IMG/VR virus record: IMGVR_UViG_3300003324_000142
Location: 1 to 54,868 of that record
From: a virus
Lineage: Duplodnaviria; Caudoviricetes
DNA length: 54,868 bases
Strand: one strand, 5' to 3'
The position numbers and the translations under genes were made by a program. This document shows, piece after piece, positions 45,142-53,480 of the stretch. The notes below the pieces were generated by a model. It did no database searches and had not been told where the DNA came from. It worked only from the letters and a program-made list of their open reading frames with translations. The stretch's first letter is position 1. Each line of letters begins with the position of its first letter.

Positions 45142-46862
45142 TATCCGCCGTATCCTCCGATGCTCAACGTCGCGCCGCCTGCCGGCACCGGGAACATCGC
45201 TTGCACAAGCGCGTCCGCCAAATTCGGACTTTTAGCACCGTTCGGCGATTTGTCCACGAGCATCTTGAGGGTCGCCGCGCTCGCCTTACGGGTCGGTTGG
45301 GCCAACTCGGTCATCAACTTGTCGCGCACCACCACCGGAATGCTGCTGTCGATACTGATCAACTCGTCCGGTGGATAATACAGACCCTCATTGACGCACC
45401 GCCACGTCTTGTAGAACCGGGTCCGCACAGACCACCATGCCTGCGCCTTGAAATTATGGAAAAAGTCACGATTGGTCGGGCTCTCGCGGTCGTCCGGGAT
45501 GACATGCGCGTAAGGCTCGATCACCGCGGCGCCCGCGTTCCACGGCACCATTTCGAACTCATCGCGCCCGATGCTGCCCGCTTCCAGCAGCCGGTTGTAT
45601 TCCGCCTTGACCGCCGCACCGACGCCCACGCAATCGTACTGGACGGCGATACCGCGCCGGCCACCCTCGCGCAGCCCTGCCAGCATCCGGCGCGTCGTCT
45701 CGCCTGGGTCGCGCTCGCCCCATTCCTCGGCAGCGCGAATGATGACCCCTTGCCGCTGGACGAGTGCGTTGCGGTCGCCGCCCTCGTCGGCCACGTCGAG
45801 CCCTGCACCCCATTGACCGGGCTCGGCTGCGGCCAGTCCGGGGATGTGCAGGTGGGCGTCAAGCGCTGCGGCGATCCATTCCGCGCTGATGACGGTGTTC
45901 TCCACCGCGGCGCTGTAGTTGCGATCGACCTCCTGCGCGAAGATGTGCTGTAGCCCCTCGCGTTCCGCCTTGGCCTTGCGCGCGTCGTACCATTCCTGTG
46001 TCTTTTCCGGGTGGTCGCGCCAATCGAAAATGAACACCCGTGTCACGCCGCGCGGGATAGATGCACCCGGCTCCCACACCACCCCTTCCATTCGTCGCCG
46101 ATGAAAAATGTTGCCGGTGCCGTTGACCGACGACATGTCGATCCGGACATCGGTGTTGTCGCCAAGCGATGCCTCGATCGTCTCGGGTCGTTCGATGTGG
46201 GCGGCTTCGTCGACGAAATACCGGCTCTTACGACCACCACGTCCGATATTAGCACCCGCCTCACCGGTAACGCTCGCACCATTGGACGTGTTGATCACCT
46301 TGAGAAACGCATCCTTGGTGACGGGTCGAAATTCACGCGGCAGTCGGCTTATGAGCAACCGTATTTTCTCGAAAATGCTGTCCGTGTCGCCGAGTTTGTC
46401 GACCAGCGCTTCTTTACGTGATCCCCACCCTGTCGCGTCGTTCTCAAGGAAAGTCAGCGCCCACACGCTGTATGCTGCACCGATCCATGTAGCGCCGATG
46501 TCGCGGCATTTTTCGACCAGACCGCTTTCACCCTCGGCCCGCAGCGCTTCAAGATATTCGATGAATAACCGCTGCTTATCGAACAGGACGAACGGCATCC
46601 ATTTTTGCGTCTGCTTGCGCGGGTTGTACGTCTCGCACCAATGCGTGATGAACTCGACCGGATGTGTCGTGTAATATGCACGCGCTTCGGCGAGCAATGA
46701 CGGATCGGACCGTATCCGTTCGAGCATTTGAACCCGCCACGCATAGACCCCCTTGTAATCAGGAGGCCATTGGTCGTGCGTGAGCGGTCGCGGACGCCAC
46801 GGTGCGATCGTCGCGGCTGGTGCGCGTGGGACGAATAGGTCGGGGCTAGACGGCAGGGTCAC
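45141..46862 (-). CDS. terL: terminase large subunit
   Basis: EKCRDIGATW, GRGGR, FVDEAAH, GLDVADEGGD, KSPNLADAL. GTGA overlap at 46862. Confidence 0.92.
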   Translation of the reverse strand: MTLPSSPDLFVPRAPAATIAPWRPRPLTHDQWPPDYKGVYAWRVQMLERIRSDPSLLAEARAYYTTHPVEFITHWCETYNPRKQTQKWMPFVLFDKQRLFIEYLEALRAEGESGLVEKCRDIGATWIGAAYSVWALTFLENDATGWGSRKEALVDKLGDTDSIFEKIRLLISRLPREFRPVTKDAFLKVINTSNGASVTGEAGANIGRGGRKSRYFVDEAAHIERPETIEASLGDNTDVRIDMSSVNGTGNIFHRRRMEGVVWEPGASIPRGVTRVFIFDWRDHPEKTQEWYDARKAKAEREGLQHIFAQEVDRNYSAAVENTVISAEWIAAALDAHLHIPGLAAAEPGQWGAGLDVADEGGDRNALVQRQGVIIRAAEEWGERDPGETTRRMLAGLREGGRRGIAVQYDCVGVGAAVKAEYNRLLEAGSIGRDEFEMVPWNAGAAVIEPYAHVIPDDRESPTNRDFFHNFKAQAWWSVRTRFYKTWRCVNEGLYYPPDELISIDSSIPVVVRDKLMTELAQPTRKASAATLKMLVDKSPNGAKSPNLADALVQAMFPVPAGGATLSIGGYGG

Positions 46863-47278
46863 AGCGACATGCAGTCGACGCCACATCCGCTGCAAATGTC
46901 GCGACGTGCGGCGATGCGTACCGCTTGCTCCGCTGTCGCACCTGCGTCAAGCGCGCCGTATGCGACAGCGCTGCCCGATCCGGCTGCTGCTGGTGCACCA
47001 CATTCGTACCAACGACCGAATTTATCGTATGATCGAACCGACCCATCCGGTCGCAACACCAGAAATTCGCACCCGTCATCGCGCGGATCGAACGGGTCGG
47101 TCGTACCGCTGTCGTACCATCGGACGAAGGCTTCAAGCAAGTACGGTGTTCCGGTTACGGCGGCGATCGAACCATCTGTCGCACGTGCGATTTTACACAT
47201 CTCACCATGCAGCAATCCGTTACCAGTGACAGCCCGGTCCGCTGCCATGCTCTTGCCATCCGTCGCTATCGTCGTCAC
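46859..47278 (-). CDS. Ntn-hydrolase (HslV/proteasome beta-like) peptidase
   Basis: Begins (M)TTIA.DG..MAAD, CKI, AAGSGS..AYGAL, A..RDICSG. GGGGA RBS. Confidence 0.8.
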   Translation of the reverse strand: MTTIATDGKSMAADRAVTGNGLLHGEMCKIARATDGSIAAVTGTPYLLEAFVRWYDSGTTDPFDPRDDGCEFLVLRPDGSVRSYDKFGRWYECGAPAAAGSGSAVAYGALDAGATAEQAVRIAARRDICSGCGVDCMSL

Positions 47279-47282
47279 TGCG

Positions 47283-47912
47283 TCAATCCCCCAACATGTC
47301 CGCGTATCGTTGGCCCGCCTCGGCGGCGGTGAGCGCGGGGCCCATACGGGCCGCTGCGACCTTCTCTTGATCGGCGCGCCATACCGGGTTGTCCGCATCC
47401 CACAGACCCATGAACCGACCGAGCCGATCGATGCCGGCGATCTTGTCGTGCAGTTGAATCTTGAATTTACGCTTGTGCGACCGGCTCATCGGATCGCCGA
47501 CCTCCTCCACGTCGATCGACTTGATCGCCGCCAGTTGCTCAGGCGTACAGCGGGCCAGGTCGAACACCGGCGTCCCGTCCGCGTCGACCTCCATGTAATC
47601 GCCCATGCTGCTGAACGCGATCGCCATGCACTCCCGAATCATCCGTTGCGCCGTCAACTCGCGCGCCGCGGCCAACTCGGTTACTCGCTCCGTGATCGCC
47701 GCCGTCACCATCGGCTTGTCGAGCATCCCTCGCGACCGGTCGCTGATGACGGCCGGGACGGGCCGGCTGAGCGCCAGACTGATCCGCTCGCCGGTCCGGT
47801 CGGCATCCTGTTCGAACCACTGGACCGTGGCGTCGACGAATGCACGCTCCGCAGGCGTCAATTGCCGATATGCCGATGCGAACGACGTGTGACGGGTGAC
47901 AGCCATGTCCAT
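47283..47912 (-). CDS. terS: terminase small subunit
   Basis: LTPAERAFVD, ML.KP.V..AI.ER, KIQLHDK...ID.LGR.MG. Upstream of terL. Start uncertain. Confidence 0.75.
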   Translation of the reverse strand: MDMAVTRHTSFASAYRQLTPAERAFVDATVQWFEQDADRTGERISLALSRPVPAVISDRSRGMLDKPMVTAAITERVTELAAARELTAQRMIRECMAIAFSSMGDYMEVDADGTPVFDLARCTPEQLAAIKSIDVEEVGDPMSRSHKRKFKIQLHDKIAGIDRLGRFMGLWDADNPVWRADQEKVAAARMGPALTAAEAGQRYADMLGD

Positions 47913-47962
47913 GCGGACGGGATATTGGACGATCGGGGGTGGCGTCAAGCGCGGTTGTGCGC

Positions 47963-48166
47963 TCACGCCATGACGTAACGCTTGCCTGCGCCTTTGCAAT
48001 TGACGCACGGCAACGTGCCGGGTGGCGGGTTCCACGGTGCATATTTGGACCAGTCGCCGTCACCACCGCATTCCCAACAGTCGGTGACCCCTACGCCTCC
48101 ACCGATGTCCTGAACCGGTTGGTTCAATTGTGCGTAGCCGCGCAGGGTGGTGACGTAGAGGGTCAT
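47963..48166 (-). CDS. small Zn-finger protein (DnaJ-like CxxCxGxG)
   Basis: CWECGGDG...CVNCKGAG. ATGA coupling. Confidence 0.65.
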   Translation of the reverse strand: MTLYVTTLRGYAQLNQPVQDIGGGVGVTDCWECGGDGDWSKYAPWNPPPGTLPCVNCKGAGKRYVMA

Positions 48167-48675
48167 TCTTCGTCTGTCACGCGGCATTGATCCACGGCGA
48201 TCCGGTGCAGCGTTCTGTCGCCTTTGGTCAGCACGTCGAGCAATGCGCGTTTCTCGGCGAGATACAACGTCGCGAAACCCGGATCGTATTGCACGATGGT
48301 CCGTGTGTTCGAAATCAGGTCGGCCAGTTTGATCGTTTGTGCGTCGGGTTGGGTCAGCCCGAGCCGTTGACATTCCATCGATTTGCGCTTGGCTCGATTA
48401 CCCATCTCTGGTGATGTGAAAATATCGGTCAGATCGAATACCAGTTTGCCTACACTGAACCCGAAATTAGCACAGATGTCATCGTGCGTCGCGTCGGTAT
48501 CCTCCACCGTGTCGTGCAGGACGGCAGCGGCCAGCATCTCATCCGTGTGCGGGACGCTGTTTACGATCGTCATCACTTCGATGCAGTGCGCAACGTACGG
48601 TTCGTTGGTGTATTTGCGGCGCTGGCCGGCATGGGTTTTGGCTGCGAAAATGATGGCTTCATCGACCATGCTCAT
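48163..48675 (-). CDS. HD-domain phosphohydrolase (MESH1/SpoT hydrolase-like)
   Basis: H.GQ.RK...EPY..H, AAVLHDTVEDT, IKLAD.ISN. AGGGAG RBS. Confidence 0.85.
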   Translation of the reverse strand: MSMVDEAIIFAAKTHAGQRRKYTNEPYVAHCIEVMTIVNSVPHTDEMLAAAVLHDTVEDTDATHDDICANFGFSVGKLVFDLTDIFTSPEMGNRAKRKSMECQRLGLTQPDAQTIKLADLISNTRTIVQYDPGFATLYLAEKRALLDVLTKGDRTLHRIAVDQCRVTDEE

Positions 48676-48921
48676 CGGATGTCTCCCTTGTGTCGCTCGC
48701 ATCCATAGTGCGGATGTTACCGGGTGGTCAAGTTTGATCCGTGGAAAATAGCGCAAAAAATTTTCCGGGTGGTTGGTTTTTGATTTTTGCGGATTTGAAC
48801 AAATTGACGAGCGACCCATCCCACCCAGCCGCAAGGGGGTAGGGGGATCGTTCGCGCCAACGGTCCGCGTGTGACGAGCGATCCGGGCGCCCCAAGCTGA
48901 GCGAGGCTCGAACATCGGGTA

Positions 48922-48949
48922 CGGTGTGATAAGACGCATTATGTTAAAT
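48922..48949 (+). other. dif-like XerC/XerD recombination site
   Basis: CGGTGTGATAA-GACGCA-TTATGTTAAAT, an 11-6-11 layout with a canonical XerD arm. Confidence 0.75.
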
Positions 48950-49029
48950 ACTGACCGTTTGGTAAGTGCGGTATGGTTGAGCGGTCGATTGGACCGCTCA
49001 ACGGCGCCAGTGATCCAGGCGAACGATTA

Positions 49030-49322
49030 TGAACGTATGTTGTATTGGATCGTTCGGGTCGGTCGATTGTGAACGTATGTTGTATAATCGAGTTATTCAG
49101 AAACCCATACAACGCCGCATTAGGACGCAGAAATGCAATGTTGTATTAACTGTATTATATAGTGTATGTTATGCTGAATAATGAAATGTATCCCATAATT
49201 AGGGTAGGGGTTTGAGCGTGTTTGTGCCGGATTTACGGATTATAAACCGATACAACATCACAATGACCCATTTGATACAACATACGATAGTAATCGCTCG
49301 CCCCGCTCGTTTCATGTTGTAT
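49030..49322. repeat. AT-rich array of ATGTTGTAT motifs (origin- or pac-like)
   Basis: Forward copies at 49037, 49077, 49138, 49314. Inverted copies at 49250, 49275. Near-copy at 49107. Confidence 0.7.
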
Positions 49323-49336
49323 AGATTTATAATCGC

Positions 49337-49364
49337 TTGACACCCGCCCCAGGCGCGCTAATGT
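49337..49364 (+). promoter_or_regulatory. early promoter
   Basis: TTGACA...GCTAATGT upstream of the first early gene. Confidence 0.6.
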
Positions 49365-49397
49365 AGCATAATCAACCAACGACACGGAGTAACTGAC

Positions 49398-49601
49398 ATG
49401 TTGACCGAACGAGCCGCACTGAACAAAGACACCACCACCGGCAAAGCCGATATGCAGCATCGGCATTTTGCCACGATCGCAACGATCCTGCGCAACATGG
49501 GCGCCGATCGTGAGACGGTGGAGCGTTGGGCCGATGAGTTGGTTCCGACCAATCCGCGCTTTGATCGGCGCCGTTTCATCCGTGCCGCGCTTGCGGAGTA
49601 A
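49398..49601 (+). CDS. hypothetical early protein
   Basis: GGAG RBS. RHF..IA...TNPRFDRRRF.RA. Confidence 0.7.
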   Translation: MLTERAALNKDTTTGKADMQHRHFATIATILRNMGADRETVERWADELVPTNPRFDRRRFIRAALAE

Positions 49602-49606
49602 CCGAG

Positions 49607-49852
49607 ATGAAACTTGGCACGAAGAACCACCGCAGCGTAGGTAAGCGCGTTCAAATTCCGGCATATACCGATTTGTGGATGCGCGGCGCGCGTTTCGGCA
49701 CAGTCGAACGATTCATCGCCGGTTCCCGCGGCTATCTTGATCCACATGATCCGCGCGCCGCCGATATTTTCGTCATTCGCATGGATCATCCGGCGGCGCG
49801 CAAATTAGTCCGCGTGATCGCCGACGATTGCACGTTCATCGAGAAAGCATGA
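49607..49852 (+). CDS. hypothetical early protein (SH3-like)
   Basis: GGAG RBS. VGKRVQIP..TDLWMRGARFGTV. Confidence 0.7.
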   Translation: MKLGTKNHRSVGKRVQIPAYTDLWMRGARFGTVERFIAGSRGYLDPHDPRAADIFVIRMDHPAARKLVRVIADDCTFIEKA

Positions 49853-50142
49853 CCATGCGCCACACACTCATCACAGCCGCCACGCTCGCCCTGACCGCCA
49901 GCACCATCGCCACCGTCGCCCACATGGAGCAAGCGGCCCCGCGGCCCGAGCCCGTCCGATGGTCCCTTGAGCGCGACACGGCAGCGCTGGAGCGTATCAC
50001 CGTCGCCACGGGCCTCACGCTGTCCGACTGTGCCGCCGCGGCCCAACGGCTCGCCCTGACCGCCAGCACCGACACAATCGACGCAGACGCCGGGAGCACG
50101 ATCAACATCCTATGCGTGCCTGAGATGGAGCCCCGGCCATGA
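49849..50142 (+). CDS. hypothetical protein with a signal-peptide-like N-terminus
   Basis: ATGA coupling. MTMRHTLITAATLALTAS. Confidence 0.55.
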   Translation: MTMRHTLITAATLALTASTIATVAHMEQAAPRPEPVRWSLERDTAALERITVATGLTLSDCAAAAQRLALTASTDTIDADAGSTINILCVPEMEPRP

Positions 50143-50333
50143 GTGAGACAATAACCATTCGCATCAACGTTGACCGGTACGCGCTGAACAATCGGCTGGG
50201 CAACGTCCAGACCGTATCGCTGGAACATGCAATAACCGAATTGCTGAACGGCGCGTTTGGTCCGGAGCACGATCCGCACAGCGGCGAGATCATCGAGCCC
50301 GCTGTCGAGGCAACATTTGAATTTATCAGTTGA
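50139..50333 (+). CDS. hypothetical protein
   Basis: GGAG RBS and ATGA coupling. Confidence 0.55.
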   Translation: MSETITIRINVDRYALNNRLGNVQTVSLEHAITELLNGAFGPEHDPHSGEIIEPAVEATFEFIS

Positions 50334-50478
50334 CGCAACGCAATGAGCCGCGCGAAGCACCTGGAAAGCATGGTGTCTGAGGGATGGCGCGCCCGCGATG
50401 GCCGATTGATCCACAGCGATGGACGGCCCGAATATTACAATTCGTTCACGTCCTACGGGATGGAATACGCAACATGGC

Positions 50479-50507
50479 TTGACACAACGCTACAGCGTCA
50501 CTACATA
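50479..50507 (+). promoter_or_regulatory. early promoter
   Basis: TTGACA-N17-TACATA. Confidence 0.65.
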
Positions 50508-50522
50508 TAAACACACGCTGAT

Positions 50523-50563
50523 ACGGAGCCCTCTAGGCGGCTCTACATACGGAGTAACCGACA
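50523..50563 (+). repeat. 41-bp leader repeat, copy 1
   Basis: ACGGAGCCCTCTAGGCGGCTCTACATACGGAGTAACCGACA. Confidence 0.9.
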
Positions 50564-50923
50564 ATGACTAACATCTATACCCGCTTTGACCGCGCCACGT
50601 CCGACATCACCGCCATTGCCTTGCTACGGAACGGCAAGCCGGTTGGTCGCATCGTTATCAAATACGGCGCAGCGGCAACAGCCTACGTTCAGATTTGGGG
50701 CGCCCCGATGGCGACCGCTCGCGCTACCGGTGGCGGATATGATAAGGCAACCGCCGCTGTCATGTCTGCGGTGGAGCGCATGACCGACCGTCCCAACAAG
50801 CGCGACACCGTTGCCACCGCGGCATTCGATGCGATTCGCGCCGTAGCGTCCGAATGGGACGGTGGCACGCGCTACACATCGGCGTTGGTGGCTGCCGGCT
50901 TCATGCTGGCTTTGGTAGTCTGA
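50564..50923 (+). CDS. hypothetical early protein
   Basis: Follows the leader repeat. A.GGGYDK motif. Confidence 0.7.
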   Translation: MTNIYTRFDRATSDITAIALLRNGKPVGRIVIKYGAAATAYVQIWGAPMATARATGGGYDKATAAVMSAVERMTDRPNKRDTVATAAFDAIRAVASEWDGGTRYTSALVAAGFMLALVV

Positions 50924-50947
50924 CACATACAGCACGGAGTAACTGAG

Positions 50948-51283
50948 ATGACACAGATGCCGATGGATTTTTACGAAGCTCGCGATGCTATCCAGTCCGG
51001 ATGCGCCAGCTATCCGATGTGCCGCGATCCGCAAGCCGAGATGACGCCGGATCAACGTCGCAAATATCGCGGCGATAATTTCATGACGCCGGAACGGATC
51101 ACGATGCGCCGCGTCGGTCCGTTCATCGTGGAAGTTTCCACCGGAACATTTCTCAGCGATCGAATGATCGGGCTGACTGTGTTTCGCATCGGCGGTGACG
51201 CCAATAACGATTATGAATTGTGCCAGTGCGTTCACAGCATTGACGAGATGCAAGCGCATCTTGATACATTGGCGGCGCTGTAA
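50948..51283 (+). CDS. hypothetical early protein
   Basis: GGAGTAACTGA RBS unit. NFMTP...VEVSTG.F. Confidence 0.7.
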   Translation: MTQMPMDFYEARDAIQSGCASYPMCRDPQAEMTPDQRRKYRGDNFMTPERITMRRVGPFIVEVSTGTFLSDRMIGLTVFRIGGDANNDYELCQCVHSIDEMQAHLDTLAAL

Positions 51284-51324
51284 CTCGCCTGGCGCATGTC
51301 GCCAATGAGACAGGAGTAACCGAG

Positions 51325-51567
51325 ATGATCACCCCCGCCACAATCGCTCGCACGGCCCAAGCGTGCCACCACACCCAAAAGAGCCTCGCAACGCTGGCGC
51401 GCCATAAGCTGCGCGGCACGTATCACGAGGATGCGGCATTGCACCTGCTCGACCGCAACATGCGCGACGCCTGCAAACGCCTTGGCATCCGCGCCACATA
51501 CGATACGCGCCGCCGCGCTGCGCGACTGGTGCTATCGGCCTGGATGGAACAGGTCGCCATCGCTTGA
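51325..51567 (+). CDS. hypothetical early protein
   Basis: AGGAGTAACCGA RBS unit. Confidence 0.6.
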   Translation: MITPATIARTAQACHHTQKSLATLARHKLRGTYHEDAALHLLDRNMRDACKRLGIRATYDTRRRAARLVLSAWMEQVAIA

Positions 51568-51592
51568 CACGGACCGCATGGGCCGATACATA
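51564..51592 (+). promoter_or_regulatory. early promoter
   Basis: TTGACA-N17-TACATA. Confidence 0.65.
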
Positions 51593-51609
51593 AGACATGC
51601 AACACAGCA

Positions 51610-51650
51610 ACGGAGCCCTCTAGGCGGCTCTACATACGGAGTAACCGACA
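51610..51650 (+). repeat. 41-bp leader repeat, copy 2
   Basis: Identical to 50523-50563. Confidence 0.9.
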
Positions 51651-51889
51651 TGACGACTTGGACCGTAGAACACACCGACACGTTCGCCGGTGAGGCGAAT
51701 TATTCTTGGGTTAACCGCCAGTGTTTCGACATGCCGGACGACGCAACACAGCGCCAGATTGTCCGTAAGGCGAAGGAATTGATTGGCGAAACCGGATCGC
51801 CGACGCGCACGGAGTATTACAACGGCGATACGTATGAATTGCGCTATCCCGGCCGTTGCGTCGTTACGTTTATCGTCGCCAATTACTGA
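51650..51889 (+). CDS. hypothetical early protein
   Basis: E.TDTF.GEANYSWV.R motif. Follows the repeat. Confidence 0.7.
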   Translation: MTTWTVEHTDTFAGEANYSWVNRQCFDMPDDATQRQIVRKAKELIGETGSPTRTEYYNGDTYELRYPGRCVVTFIVANY

Positions 51890-51898
51890 AACACAGAG

Positions 51899-51939
51899 AC
51901 GGAGCCCTCTAGGCGGCTCTACATACGGAGTAACCGACA
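51899..51939 (+). repeat. 41-bp leader repeat, copy 3
   Basis: Identical to 50523-50563. Confidence 0.9.
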
Positions 51940-52268
51940 TGACACGAGCATACAAACCGCGCCGCGCTTCGAAGCGTTGGACGAACGACGCGCCCGCTTG
52001 GGTGCTCGATTGTTTCGATCATCCGCAATTCGCTGATCGCTACACCGTTATTTTCGGCGGCGATTTGATCGAAGGCAACGGAACCTTTCGCAACACATGG
52101 CTTCACTATCTCAGCACGTCCGAAAACGGCGGCGTTAGCGGCATTGGCGAATTTGAAGCGCATACCGCCGCCGCGTATCGCTATCGCAACAAAAATCGCC
52201 GGATCGCATGGCGCGATTTGCCCGAACCGGTCAAAGCGATGGCGACTCGATTCGCCACGGAGGATTGA
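51939..52268 (+). CDS. hypothetical early protein
   Basis: DRYTV...RI.W.DLPE.V motif. Follows the repeat. Confidence 0.7.
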   Translation: MTRAYKPRRASKRWTNDAPAWVLDCFDHPQFADRYTVIFGGDLIEGNGTFRNTWLHYLSTSENGGVSGIGEFEAHTAAAYRYRNKNRRIAWRDLPEPVKAMATRFATED

Positions 52269-52272
52269 GCCA

Positions 52273-52539
52273 ATGACACGCATCACACACAAGCAAATTG
52301 AGCAAGCCGTCGCACGGTACAACGCCGCGCGCGGTCTGACATATCCCGCTATCGGGTATCTTCAATATGCCGACATCCGCGGCGACGGGGGCAACCGGCG
52401 CGGGCTTTATGTCGGTATCAATGCGCAAGGCGGCGTCGGCACGTCCTACGTGCCCCGCCTGGGCCGCACGATGCGCGAGACACTGGCGAATATCGAAGCC
52501 GCATGTGCGCTGACGATGGCGCCGAGCGCGCCAGAGTGA
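52273..52539 (+). CDS. hypothetical early protein
   Basis: GGAGG RBS before ATG 52273. Confidence 0.6.
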   Translation: MTRITHKQIEQAVARYNAARGLTYPAIGYLQYADIRGDGGNRRGLYVGINAQGGVGTSYVPRLGRTMRETLANIEAACALTMAPSAPE

Positions 52540-52754
52540 CGAATGATCCATTGGACCAATTGGAGTTAAAGAGATGACATACCCCACAATCGACGCTCGC
52601 GCAGCCTGGGCGGGAAACCGCAACGAATGCGGCCGGCTCTATCGACAATGGCGCGATTGTTTCGCCGGATCGTTCGCGGCATTGCGCCGCTATTACGGTT
52701 GGACACGCCCCGCAATGGTTCAAGCGTTGCGCATCGGCCAAACCGTCTAACACA

Positions 52755-52825
52755 GCCGAAACGGCGCATTCGGTGAGATGCGCCGTCCGCACATGGTGCC
52801 GCATGTGCGCTGACGACGGCAGGCA
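52755..52825 (+). ncRNA. type II hammerhead ribozyme 1
   Basis: GCC-GAAA-CGGCGCAT/ATGCGCCG-TC-CGCACATG/CATGTGCG-CTGACGA-C-GGC. Loop TGCC can pair with 3' GGCA. Confidence 0.85.
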
Positions 52826-52841
52826 ATTTAGGTGTGATACG

Positions 52842-53006
52842 ATGAACGGACGTTACAAAACATTCGGCGAAGCCGCTAAGGTTCAATCACGCGAATTACA
52901 GAAACGCGGCGTTTTCAAAGCGCCGATTTGTGTCGGCGACGATGGCCTATATTACGTCCGATGCGAGCAACACGGCACAACCGGATCAAGCATTTACAAC
53001 GCATAG
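52842..53006 (+). CDS. small hypothetical protein between the ribozymes
   Basis: AGGTG RBS, 54 aa. Confidence 0.55.
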   Translation: MNGRYKTFGEAAKVQSRELQKRGVFKAPICVGDDGLYYVRCEQHGTTGSSIYNA

Positions 53007-53090
53007 CCGAAACCGCTCGCCAGAGCGACCTATGTGTCGCCTGGCACGGTCGCACCGGGTATCCCGTTCGGTGCCTGACGATGGCAGGGA
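53006..53090 (+). ncRNA. type II hammerhead ribozyme 2
   Basis: GCC-GAAA-CCG...CGG-TC-GCACCGGG/TTCGGTGC-CTGACGA-T-GGC. Loop TCCC can pair with 3' GGGA. Confidence 0.8.
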
Positions 53091-53096
53091 ATAGAT

Positions 53097-53480
53097 ATGC
53101 TGACGCTTATTCGCGGCTTGCCTGGATCGGGTAAATCGACGCTCGCGCGATCGATGGCCGATCATGTGCATATCGAAGCGGATATGTATTTCACGGTGCC
53201 TCGCACTGGCGAATATCGGTTTGATCCGGATCGCTTGAGCAATGCGCATAATTGGTGCCAGTGGCGCACTCGTCGCGCTTTGGCTGAAGGTTCTCGCGTT
53301 GTCGTCAGCAACACATTCACGCGCGCTTGGGAGATGCGGCCCTATTTCGACATGTGCGCCAATGTGCGCGTTATCGAATGCAAGGGCCATTGGCCGAATG
53401 TGCACGGTGTCCCCGCCGATGCCATCGCCCGCATGGCAGAACGCTGGGAACCGGTCGAATTGGTGGATTATCTCGCATGA
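53097..53480 (+). CDS. P-loop kinase (AAA_33/polynucleotide-kinase-like)
   Basis: LIRGLPGSGKSTLA, EADMYF, AH.WCQ, VVVSNTF, NVHGVP. Confidence 0.85.
   Translation: MLTLIRGLPGSGKSTLARSMADHVHIEADMYFTVPRTGEYRFDPDRLSNAHNWCQWRTRRALAEGSRVVVSNTFTRAWEMRPYFDMCANVRVIECKGHWPNVHGVPADAIARMAERWEPVELVDYLA

Noticed and set aside
50523-51939. 41-bp repeats as a CRISPR array
   Set aside because: Spacing is irregular (hundreds of bp), whole ORFs lie between copies and each repeat ends in an RBS and start codon.
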